DNA of 43,142 nt from a virus. Its lineage: Duplodnaviria; Caudoviricetes. A program made the translations under genes and the position numbers. Below, one piece after another: positions 29,198 through 37,923 of the stretch. Below the pieces are notes generated by a model, which saw only the letters and a list, made by a program, of their open reading frames with translations, did no database searches and was not told the origin of the DNA. The stretch covers positions 1 through 43,142 of IMG/VR virus record IMGVR_UViG_3300020016_000017; one strand, written 5' to 3'. How positions within the stretch are numbered: position 1 is the stretch's first letter; each line of letters starts with the position of its first letter.

Positions 29198-31132
29198 CTA
29201 CCTGTTCGTGAGTGACGGCGCCAGCGCGGGCGCGCCCGACATCGCGCGCACGATAGCATTGCGCGTGGCGCTTTGCGCCGCGTCGCGCCGCGGATTGGTC
29301 GCGAGTATTTCGCGCACGAGGCGCTGCAGCTCGGCCGGGTCCTGCGTCGCCATCAGCGCCGCGATGCGCTCGCGGTTGGCCGCGCTGGCGTTCTTGGTCA
29401 CTGCACGCGCGGCCTCCTGCACGCCGCGCGTCAGCAGGCCGGTCATCGTGGTGTCGAGCGGTATCTTGCCCTCGCCGGCGTCGAGCGCCTTCGCCGCCAC
29501 CAGCCGGTCGGCAGTCTGCGGCCCCTTCACGACGTCTTGGAAGGTGTTGGCGAACGTGCGCTCGCGCTCCATGACGGCGCGCAGCGCGGCGGCGCGCTCC
29601 GGCCCGAACACGGTCGCCAGCTTCTGTGCGTTCCAGTCCTGCGGCTGGCCGAGGATGCGCTCCAGCGCGGCGAGGTCGTGGCGGTTGGTGCCGACGATGC
29701 GGTCCAGCTCGTTGCGCGTCGCCTCGCGGAAACGGAACGGCTCCGCCGACGGCCCGATGTTGGTCCCCTTCGGCTGCGCCGTCTCGGTCATCACTCGCTC
29801 GGCCTCGGCCGGGCGCACCACGTTCTCGCGATCGGTCTGGAATATGCGCGAGCCCGGGCTGCTGGTCTGCGCGGCACGCTCCTGCGCGCCCAGCTCGGCG
29901 TACTGGCTGTCGATCTGGCGCACGCCGGGCACCTTGGCGTGCAGTTCCTGCGTCAGCCGCCGGTAGGCGTGCTCCAGCTCGCGCCGCACCTCCGGGTTGT
30001 CCGCCTCCGCGATCATGCCGCGCACGGCGTTGCGCGTCGCCTGCAGTGCGCGCGGGTGCGGGTCGAGGTTGCCGGGGTTGGTCGGGACGTCGAGCATGGC
30101 GCGGACCTGCCGCAGCGCGGCCTGCTCCGGCCCGCGCGAATTGATGATCCGCGTCTCCAGCTCGCGCGCCAAGGCGGTGTTGTCGACCGCGCGGGCGTTG
30201 GCGAACGCCGCCTCGTACTGCGGACCCAGCTCGCCCATGCGGCCGCGTATGCCGGTGGCGATGTCCTCCGGCACGCCGGCCGGGCCGAACGTGGCGTCGA
30301 TCTCGCCGGTGATGCGCTGCCCCTGCGCCGTGTTGCGGTTGGTCAGGTTCTCGGTCAGCGCCGTCTTGCCGGGGCCGCCCGGCCCGGTGCGCGCGCCCTG
30401 CGCCGTGCCGAGCATCGACGGCCCGGCGTCGGGCAGCATCGCGCCGGGCGTGTTCGGGATGTTGCGCAGGCCCGCGGCGTCGGCGCTGCCGGCGTCGGCC
30501 AGCGCCTTGGGGATGCCGCCGAAAAAGCCGCGATCGGCCGCGCCGCGGTAGGCCGCGCCGCCGACGGCGCCGATCACCGGCGCTGCGGCGCCGATGCCGG
30601 CGCCGAGGATGCCGCCCATGCCGGCGTTATGAACGTAGTCTGCCGGGATGCCGCTGTAGGTCGTCCCGGCGCCCTGCGCTGCGCCCAGCACGCCGCCGGT
30701 GCCTGCGCCCCGCAGCGCCTGCTTGGCCACGCCAGCGCCCGGCGCAGCGGCAGGAAGCAGCCCTCTGGAGGCCAGCGCGCCGCCCTGCGCTATCCCGCCG
30801 ACCAGCTCGGAGGCGCCGGAGAGCCACGGCGCCTTGGCGCGCGTCGCCCGGTCCTCGGCGTCGAGCCGCTTGAGTGTGTCGCTGTAGCCCTCCTTGCCGG
30901 TCAGCGCACGATCGACCGCGATGATGCGGTTGCCCATGCCGGCGAGGAGCGAGTTGCCGCCGAGCGCGCCGATCTTGATGGCGTCGCCCCACCCGAGCGG
31001 TTCCTTGGCGGGTGTGTTGGCGCCTGCGGGCGAGACGATCGTCCACTCGCCCGCCGTCGGGCCGGTCGCGGCGTCGCGCGCGGGCGGCGTCGCGCCCGGC
31101 GGAACGATCGTCCACTCGTCGTCGGGAGGCAT
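29198..31132 (-). CDS. Putative internal virion / DNA ejection protein
   Basis: 644 aa, Ala/Gly-rich with GxxxG stretches, helical; last of three large genes after the nozzle. Confidence 0.65.
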   Translation of the reverse strand: MPPDDEWTIVPPGATPPARDAATGPTAGEWTIVSPAGANTPAKEPLGWGDAIKIGALGGNSLLAGMGNRIIAVDRALTGKEGYSDTLKRLDAEDRATRAKAPWLSGASELVGGIAQGGALASRGLLPAAAPGAGVAKQALRGAGTGGVLGAAQGAGTTYSGIPADYVHNAGMGGILGAGIGAAAPVIGAVGGAAYRGAADRGFFGGIPKALADAGSADAAGLRNIPNTPGAMLPDAGPSMLGTAQGARTGPGGPGKTALTENLTNRNTAQGQRITGEIDATFGPAGVPEDIATGIRGRMGELGPQYEAAFANARAVDNTALARELETRIINSRGPEQAALRQVRAMLDVPTNPGNLDPHPRALQATRNAVRGMIAEADNPEVRRELEHAYRRLTQELHAKVPGVRQIDSQYAELGAQERAAQTSSPGSRIFQTDRENVVRPAEAERVMTETAQPKGTNIGPSAEPFRFREATRNELDRIVGTNRHDLAALERILGQPQDWNAQKLATVFGPERAAALRAVMERERTFANTFQDVVKGPQTADRLVAAKALDAGEGKIPLDTTMTGLLTRGVQEAARAVTKNASAANRERIAALMATQDPAELQRLVREILATNPRRDAAQSATRNAIVRAMSGAPALAPSLTNR

Positions 31133-33330
31133 CAGTGCAAGTCCTCCTCGTTCTCCCAGTGCCCGCCCATGACGCGCTGGCGGACGCCGGTACGATTATT
31201 GATGCGCAGCGTTCCCTCCGGCACTGTCGGCTTGCCGCTGTCGTCCGTGGGCACGCGGCGGCCTTTACGCTCCTCGCGCCAGTCGTCGATCACCTTCTTG
31301 CGGTCGCCCAGCGCGTGGTAGAACGTCTCCTCCTCGGCCTTGCGGCGGAACGCCTTGTCGCGAATGGTCTGCTCGTTGTCGCCCGGCTGCGGGAAGTAGG
31401 CTTTCATCTTGTTGGCGATCTCTCCCGCGCCGAGCACCGCGCCGCTCTCGTCGCGCAGCACCGCCTGCGCCCAAGTGAAGGCGGCGTTCTGCGCCTTCTG
31501 GTATTCGGGCGACACCCAGTAATTGCCGCCGACCGGCAGCTTGCCCTTGGCCGTGTCGACCAGCCCGGCGAGGATGCTGGCGTCGCCGAGCTGGCTCGAC
31601 GCGACGACGGCGCGCTGCATGAACTTGACCGTCTTGGCCTGCGTCTCGGTGAGGTTCTCCTTCTTCGGGCTGCCCGGCGCCACTTCCCACGGCCCCTGCG
31701 GGGTCGTCGCCGTCGCGGGTCTGGCTCGGTAGATTTGACCGTCGATTACTTTCTCATCCCACGTCCCGGCCTCGCGCTCGGACTTCGCGATGCCCAGCTG
31801 CTTCTGCCTGATCTCCAGCCCGGCCTGATCGGCGGCCTGCTGGCGCGGCAGTCCGCGCTTGTAGTACATCTCCTCCAGCTCGGCCTGTGCCTTCTCGATC
31901 GCGCCGCGCTTGATCATCTGGTCGATGCCGCGGTCGTCGGCTTCGCGGTCGAATTTGTCCTTCTCGTCTTTCTGCTTGTCCCAGCGCGTGCGCGCGTGGG
32001 TGTAGTCGGCCTCGCGCCGCGCGGTCAGCTCGCTGCGGATCTTCTCCTCGATCTCGAACTGCTGCTTGGCGAACGCCTTGGCGTCGTCGCTGAAGTTGCG
32101 GTTGTTCATGATCTTGATCATCTCGCGCTGCTTCGGCGAGAAGTCGACGCGGTCGGGCGGCACCGGCTCGGGGCCGGGATCGGCCATGAACTGCACGGAC
32201 GCCGGCGGCACGGCCGACTGCGACGGCAGCGTGTCCGACGTGGTGCGTACGCCGGTGCGCGCGGCGGGCCTGATGCCGGTCGGTGTGACCGGATTGGGCC
32301 CCTCGTCCGGCGACACGCCGGTGGCGCTGTCGATCGTCATGGTGGCGCCGACGTCGGCGCCCTCCGGCGCGGACGCGCCCGCGTTCGGTGCCGCGCCCTG
32401 CAGGCGGCGCAGGTAGTCCTGCCCGTATCCGCCGATGGTGAGGCGCTGGTGATCGTCCATCAGGTTGGTCTTGTTGATATTCCCCGGCCCGCCGTACCAC
32501 GCCCGCGCGGCGCCCTCCTCGCCGTACTTGGCGACGTAGGTACCGAAGCGGTGCCGGAACACGGCGTCCTGCGCCTCCGGGTCGGCGAGGAACTCCTGCG
32601 GCGTCAGCGGCTTCCCGAGCGCCGCCGCACTCCACGGCCCGACGTTGGCGGCGACGATGCCATACTTGCCCAGCGCCGGGCCGTACTTGGTCTGGATGCC
32701 GACCGTGCTGTACGGGTCCTTGCGCCCGCCGCTCTCGATGCCGCCGATCGCGGCCGACCGCGCCGACCACAGGCCGTCGTCATCCGAGGTAGGGGAACCA
32801 GCCTGCGGGGGCGCCACCCCCGCCACCGTAGGGTTTTCGGACGGCACCCCCGGGGCCGTTCCGCCTTGCAGGAGGGCCGCGATCTTGGCGCGCTGCTCCA
32901 CCGGATCGGTGGCGTCGGTGCGCGGCCCCGGTACGGCCGGCACGCCCGGAACCGGGGCAGGCGCCGGCACGCGCGCCGGCGCCACTGCCGGAGCGACAGG
33001 CGCCGTGCGCGCGCCCGGCACCGACACGCTCGGCAGCGCATTTGCGGCGTTGACGCGCTGGTCCTCGGCCGCGCCGAAGGCGCGCTCCTGCGCGGTCAGC
33101 CGCGCGTCGGTCATACGATCGCCGACCGCCTCGCCGAGCGAGGTCAGGCCCTCGCCGATGTTCTTCGGGAACGGGCGCTTCTGTCCCGCCAGCATCTGCG
33201 CGATCGCCTGACGGCGCTTCAGCTCCTGCAGGCCCGGCGTGCCGGTCCCGCCTCCGCCGCCGAAGGCGAAAGTGAGCGGGTTGCTCGGGTCGAGTATCCC
33301 GCTCGCGGCGGGCAGTAGTTCACCGGCCAT
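31132..33330 (-). CDS. Putative ejection protein with lysozyme-like (lytic transglycosylase) domain
   Basis: AIGGIESGG..Y......ALGKYGI......W......LTPQEFLADPEAQD...Y..KYG....A.AWYGGPG. Confidence 0.75.
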   Translation of the reverse strand: MAGELLPAASGILDPSNPLTFAFGGGGGTGTPGLQELKRRQAIAQMLAGQKRPFPKNIGEGLTSLGEAVGDRMTDARLTAQERAFGAAEDQRVNAANALPSVSVPGARTAPVAPAVAPARVPAPAPVPGVPAVPGPRTDATDPVEQRAKIAALLQGGTAPGVPSENPTVAGVAPPQAGSPTSDDDGLWSARSAAIGGIESGGRKDPYSTVGIQTKYGPALGKYGIVAANVGPWSAAALGKPLTPQEFLADPEAQDAVFRHRFGTYVAKYGEEGAARAWYGGPGNINKTNLMDDHQRLTIGGYGQDYLRRLQGAAPNAGASAPEGADVGATMTIDSATGVSPDEGPNPVTPTGIRPAARTGVRTTSDTLPSQSAVPPASVQFMADPGPEPVPPDRVDFSPKQREMIKIMNNRNFSDDAKAFAKQQFEIEEKIRSELTARREADYTHARTRWDKQKDEKDKFDREADDRGIDQMIKRGAIEKAQAELEEMYYKRGLPRQQAADQAGLEIRQKQLGIAKSEREAGTWDEKVIDGQIYRARPATATTPQGPWEVAPGSPKKENLTETQAKTVKFMQRAVVASSQLGDASILAGLVDTAKGKLPVGGNYWVSPEYQKAQNAAFTWAQAVLRDESGAVLGAGEIANKMKAYFPQPGDNEQTIRDKAFRRKAEEETFYHALGDRKKVIDDWREERKGRRVPTDDSGKPTVPEGTLRINNRTGVRQRVMGGHWENEEDLH

Positions 33331-34963
33331 GTCGCGCCTCCTTCTTGTCGCGGAGGATAGACCCCATCCGCGTCATGTCGATGTACTTGGTCCCGGCGAT
33401 CGTCTTGACCGCGCCGCGATCGACCTTCTCGACGTCCTGCGCCATCGGGCCGACGTGGCTGATCGCGGCGGGGTCGTCCTTGTACCTGTACTCGTGGATC
33501 GGCAGCTTGCGCTCGCCGTCCGGCCCGGCCGCGAAGATCGTGCCGAGCTTGGGGCCGACGTCCTTCTCGCGCCTGTCCGAGCGCGTCAGGCCCGACACCG
33601 CGCCGAAGATGCCGCCCATGATCTGGTTGAAGTTCTGGCTGCTCTGCTGGTAGTTCGCCATGTCTTGGCTGAAGCGGTTGTTGACCAGCCCGGCATAGTC
33701 CGTCGTCGGGATCTGGCTCGACTGCGTCTGCGCCCATTGCGGTTGCGCCACCTGCGAGCCCGACATCAGCGCGCTGATCTCGTTGATCGGCTGGTTGCGC
33801 TGCTGGTACTGCTCGGACAGCCACTGCTTGCGGGCATTGTTGTCGGCGTCGAGCTTGGCCTGCTGCATCGCCATGCGCTGGCCTTGCGCCGTGTTGGCGA
33901 ACTGCGCGCGCAGGCCCTGCTGGGTGAAGTCCTGTTGCTGCGCGGCGTTGGCGAACGTCGCCCGCCCTTGCGCCTGCTCGAACGCCTGCTTCTGCGCCGC
34001 GTTCTGGAAGCCGGCGCGCTGCGCCGCCATGTCGTTGAGCAGCTTCTGCTCCTGACCCCCTTGGGCCGTGATGCCGAGCCGCGTGTCGGTCAGCTGCTTG
34101 TTGAACAGCTCCTTCTGCGCGCCGTAGGCCTCGCCGCCGGCGAGGTTGCCTTGGTCGCGCAGCTGCGCCTCCATGCGCTGGCGGTCGCGCTCGAGTTGCG
34201 GCGCCATGCGTTCGTACATCGCGTTTTCGACCCGGAGCCGGTCGGCCGAGAAGCCGTCGGCCGGGCCGTAGTCGCGCGTGATCGCGCCGCCGCTGTCGAA
34301 GTCGCGCAGCTGGCGGTCGTTCGGGTCGCCGTAGCTGTCGGTGAGCGAGAAGCCTGACAGCGAATTTGGATCACCCGCGCGCGGTGCGGGTCCACTGCCG
34401 GGCGTGCCGGGCGTGCCGGGGATCATGGGGAAGCCGGCCGTGCGCCCTTCGGCGTTTCCGAACTCCTGATAGTGCCGCTGCGCAAACGCGAGCGGGTCAC
34501 CACCATAGGCCGCGGCATCCCGCGCGACGTCGGGATATGCCGCCAGATACGCGCTCGGATCGAACACTCCGCTCTGCCGGGGCGCGGTGCCGGGAGTGGC
34601 GGGCGTGCCCGTGGTGGGGTTGAACGGCGTGCCAAGCAGGCTCTGCAGCAGGCCGCTCTGGTTCGCGGCGAGCCCGGCGAGATTGGTTTGCGACTGCTGA
34701 CCGAGGCTGAAGATGTTCTGCTGCGCAGGCGAGAGCGACTGCGTCGCGGTGCGCAGCGGGATGTTGTAGGTCTGCCCGGTCGACGGATCGGTCCAGCTGA
34801 AGCTGCCGGTGTTGCTGTAGCTCAACGAACCTTGCGGCGTGACTTGGTTCATGTTGTTGAGCATGTTGTTGGCGACCGCGGTCGACACGTTGGTGCCGGT
34901 CTGGGCCGCCGCCGTCGCCGTCGGGTTGGGCGGCGCAGGGGGATCGGGTTTCAGGAACGACAT
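33320..34963 (-). CDS. Virion protein with C-terminal intramolecular chaperone (Peptidase S74-like) domain
   Basis: ATG 34963 (MSFLKPDPPAPP); Gln/Ala-rich; C-terminal SDRREK...IHEYRYK.....GPMAQDVEKV...AV; 547 aa. Confidence 0.75.
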   Translation of the reverse strand: MSFLKPDPPAPPNPTATAAAQTGTNVSTAVANNMLNNMNQVTPQGSLSYSNTGSFSWTDPSTGQTYNIPLRTATQSLSPAQQNIFSLGQQSQTNLAGLAANQSGLLQSLLGTPFNPTTGTPATPGTAPRQSGVFDPSAYLAAYPDVARDAAAYGGDPLAFAQRHYQEFGNAEGRTAGFPMIPGTPGTPGSGPAPRAGDPNSLSGFSLTDSYGDPNDRQLRDFDSGGAITRDYGPADGFSADRLRVENAMYERMAPQLERDRQRMEAQLRDQGNLAGGEAYGAQKELFNKQLTDTRLGITAQGGQEQKLLNDMAAQRAGFQNAAQKQAFEQAQGRATFANAAQQQDFTQQGLRAQFANTAQGQRMAMQQAKLDADNNARKQWLSEQYQQRNQPINEISALMSGSQVAQPQWAQTQSSQIPTTDYAGLVNNRFSQDMANYQQSSQNFNQIMGGIFGAVSGLTRSDRREKDVGPKLGTIFAAGPDGERKLPIHEYRYKDDPAAISHVGPMAQDVEKVDRGAVKTIAGTKYIDMTRMGSILRDKKEARHGR

Positions 34964-35430
34964 CAGGCTGCTTCCTTCCTTGTCGTCGCCGCCTTGCGGC
35001 TGTACCTGCCGGCGTCCCACGCTTCCTGCGTCAGCAGGGCGACCACGCCGTCGCGTTCGCGGCCGTAGAGCCGCGGTATGCGGATCAGCATACACCCGAG
35101 CCCGGCGAGAATGCGTTGCACCCGCTCGTCGCTCGCCAGCACGCAGTGCGTCACCATCTGCACGCCGCAGTCGTTGAACGGGTACTCGTACATTATGCGG
35201 ATCGTCTCGCGCGTCATCCATCCGCTGCCGGGAACTGCTGCGCAGGACAGATCGATGATGCCGGCCTCCGGTCCCCAGTTGTGATAGACGAGGCCCGCGA
35301 CCAGCTCGCCACCTTTTACGACGCCAATCGCCTTGCACTTGCCGAAGCCGCGTTCGCGCACATGCGGGATCATCTGCGCCACCCAGTGCGCGACGGTCGT
35401 GTCGTGCTCGTAGACGTAGCGCAGCATCAT
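34963..35430 (-). CDS. GNAT-fold acetyltransferase-like virion assembly protein
   Basis: AIGV...GELVAGLVY.N......I..S.A......W.TR..I..M..YPF...GV; the position after the nozzle is usual in podoviruses. Confidence 0.7.
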   Translation of the reverse strand: MMLRYVYEHDTTVAHWVAQMIPHVRERGFGKCKAIGVVKGGELVAGLVYHNWGPEAGIIDLSCAAVPGSGWMTRETIRIMYEYPFNDCGVQMVTHCVLASDERVQRILAGLGCMLIRIPRLYGRERDGVVALLTQEAWDAGRYSRKAATTRKEAA

Positions 35431-35777
35431 CTAACTCCCGGCAGCGGCATCCCCGGCGCGGCCGGCGGCGTCGAGAGCATGCCTCCCGGCTGCATTCCCG
35501 GGGGCGTGGCTGCGCCGAGCTGCGGCAGCATCGGCGGCGTGCCCGGCGCCATCCCGCCCATCCCCGGCGACCCCTGCGCGGCTGGCGGCATGCCGCCGGG
35601 CGCGCCCGGCATCTGCGGCGGCGCGCCGCCCGCGGGCGGCGGCATCGGCACGTCGGGCACCGGGGGCGGGTTCTGCACCGCCATCAGGGCCTGCGTGATG
35701 CGGTCGCGCGCGCCGCCGGCCGCGCCGGCAGGCGCTGCGGCGGGCGCTGCGTAGTTTGCGCTGTCGGTGTAGGACAT
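35427..35777 (-). CDS. Pro/Gly/Met-rich small protein (RDRITQALM motif)
   Basis: 116 aa, AAGGGA RBS-like sequence, ATGA overlap downstream. Confidence 0.65.
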   Translation of the reverse strand: MSYTDSANYAAPAAAPAGAAGGARDRITQALMAVQNPPPVPDVPMPPPAGGAPPQMPGAPGGMPPAAQGSPGMGGMAPGTPPMLPQLGAATPPGMQPGGMLSTPPAAPGMPLPGVR

Positions 35778-35795
35778 CAGGTCGTTCCCTTCATG

Positions 35796-37913
35796 TTACT
35801 CGTCGCCCGCGCCGGCACCGTCGCTTCCGCCACCGTCGGCGTCACCGCCGCCCTCGCTGCTCGCATCCGCGCTGGCGTCCGCGCTGGCATCAGCACTGGC
35901 ATCAGCACTCGCATCCGCACTGCTATCGGCGCTACTGTCCGCGCTCGCGTCCGCGCTGGCATCGCCAAAGCTGCCTGAACCGGACACCGCACCGCCCGCC
36001 GCTGCGTCGGCCGCGGCTGCGGCTGCGCCCGCGTCACTGCCCAATCCGCCGAGACCGCTTGCATCGCTGCCGAGACCGCCGAGACCGAGGCCGGCGCCTG
36101 CATCAAGACCAATGCCGGCATCGTTGCCGAGACCCGCATCAAGACCGATGCCGGCGTCGAGACCGAGACCGATGCCGAGACCTTGACCCGCGTCGAGCCC
36201 AAGACCACCAAGACCAATGCCGCCAAGACCAATGCCACCGAGACCAATGCCGGTGTCGCTGTCACTACTGGTGTCCTCGTCGGAGCTGCTGTCGTCATCG
36301 CCTTCGTCGCCCTGCTCCAGTGACACCGGAGCCGACACCGGAGCCGAGACGGGCGACGGCGCGGCCGTCAGCGCCGCGTTCGCGGTCACCATGCCCTGCG
36401 TGGGGCCTTCGCTCATCGGTGTGCCTTCGATCGGCGTTGCTGCCGGCGCCGTCCCCTCGATCGGGCCGCTCTTGCCGCCCTCCATCGGGCCGCCTTTGTC
36501 GCTGGCGCCTTTGTCGCCCGGTGTGGCTTGGGCCTGAGAGGAGCCTTTGTCTGCACTCACATCCGGCGTCGCAGCCTGTGGGCCGGACTGCTCCGTGTTG
36601 GAGCTAGGCGAGCCGACCGGAGCGCCTGCCGGGGAGCCGCCCTGCTGGCCGCCACCGCCACCCTTGCCGCCACCCGTACCGAGGCCGGGGCCGCCGCTGA
36701 GGCCGATGCCGCTCGGGCCGGCACCCTGATCGGCGGTGCCGAAGCCGCTGCCGCTGATGCCGCCGTAGCCGCTGGCGCCGCCGCCGGGGCCGCCGATGTT
36801 GAAGTTGCCGGGGCTGGCCTGACCGCCGGGGCCGGGGCCGCCAGTGTCGAGCCCGGGGCCGCCTTGCGTGGCACCCTGAAAAGCGGACGCGGGCGCTCGG
36901 CCAGTGCCGCCGGCCTGACCCGCCATGCTACCAAGAGAGGACGGCCCGCCCAGCGCGGGGCCGCCGAAGAGGCCGCCAAGGGTGCCACCCGACTGACCAG
37001 CGCCCAGCCCGCCGAGACCGCTGGCGCGACCGATGCCGGGGCCGCCACTGACAGGACCGGCTGATGCGATAGCGGCCGAGTTGGTGCCCTGCAGGCCGCC
37101 CTGCTGACTGCCGTAGCCGCCCGCGTTGAAGCCGCTGCCGGCGGTGCCCAGCCCTTGGCCTTGCGGCCCGGTGCCCATCGCGGCGCTGTTGCCGAGGCTG
37201 ACGTTGCCGAGACCGGTGACGGACGCCGCAGCGGCTGCCTCCGCGGCCGGGTCCGAGACGCCCTGCGAGAAGGCGCTGCCGGGGCCTTGGTTGCCTGACA
37301 TGCCGGGCGTGCCGGTCGTGCCCATGCCGCCACCGCGGCCGGCGCTTGTGGTGCCGGCAAGACCGTGCCCTGAACTGATGCCGAGGATGCCGCCGCCGAT
37401 CAGGTCTGCCGCGCTACCGAGTTGGCCGCTACTGTTGAGCGAGCTGCCAAACAGCCCGGCGCCCTGCAGATTGCCGATCGCGTTGGTCGCGTTGGCGATG
37501 CTCTCGGACGGCGCAGGCGTGGAGGGTGCCGTGCTTTCGTCCGGTTGTGCAGGCGGAGGCGCGCTCGGCGGTGGAGCTGACGGCGGCGGCGCCGCGGGAG
37601 GCGGCGCTGCGGGCGGCGGTGCGCTCGGCGGCGGTGCCGATGGCGTGGGCGCCTGCGACAGCTCCGGGTTCATGTTGTCGGGGAGCGGCGCACCCGACTT
37701 GAAGCCGCCCATAACCGGGCCGCCCCAGTCGAAGCTGGCGGGGCCGGGGCCGGGTCCGGCCATGCTTCCGGTGCCGTCCACGCCGGACGGGATGCCGCCG
37801 GCCCCCTCGGCCTCGATCAGCGCCTGCACGATCGCGCGGCGGCGCGCCTCGGCGGTGTCGGCCGGGGTGATGCCCCACCCGGTCGGGGGCGATGCGAAGC
37901 CGTAGTCCGACAT
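35796..37913 (-). CDS. Large Gly/Ser/Ala-rich low-complexity protein
   Basis: ATG 37913 (MSDYGFASPP) with AGGAGG RBS; 705 aa; (SAPPP)n, GIGLG/DAGIGL and (DASA)n repeats. Confidence 0.7.
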   Translation of the reverse strand: MSDYGFASPPTGWGITPADTAEARRRAIVQALIEAEGAGGIPSGVDGTGSMAGPGPGPASFDWGGPVMGGFKSGAPLPDNMNPELSQAPTPSAPPPSAPPPAAPPPAAPPPSAPPPSAPPPAQPDESTAPSTPAPSESIANATNAIGNLQGAGLFGSSLNSSGQLGSAADLIGGGILGISSGHGLAGTTSAGRGGGMGTTGTPGMSGNQGPGSAFSQGVSDPAAEAAAAASVTGLGNVSLGNSAAMGTGPQGQGLGTAGSGFNAGGYGSQQGGLQGTNSAAIASAGPVSGGPGIGRASGLGGLGAGQSGGTLGGLFGGPALGGPSSLGSMAGQAGGTGRAPASAFQGATQGGPGLDTGGPGPGGQASPGNFNIGGPGGGASGYGGISGSGFGTADQGAGPSGIGLSGGPGLGTGGGKGGGGGQQGGSPAGAPVGSPSSNTEQSGPQAATPDVSADKGSSQAQATPGDKGASDKGGPMEGGKSGPIEGTAPAATPIEGTPMSEGPTQGMVTANAALTAAPSPVSAPVSAPVSLEQGDEGDDDSSSDEDTSSDSDTGIGLGGIGLGGIGLGGLGLDAGQGLGIGLGLDAGIGLDAGLGNDAGIGLDAGAGLGLGGLGSDASGLGGLGSDAGAAAAAADAAAGGAVSGSGSFGDASADASADSSADSSADASADASADASADASADASSEGGGDADGGGSDGAGAGDE

Positions 37914-37923
37914 AAGCCGCCTC

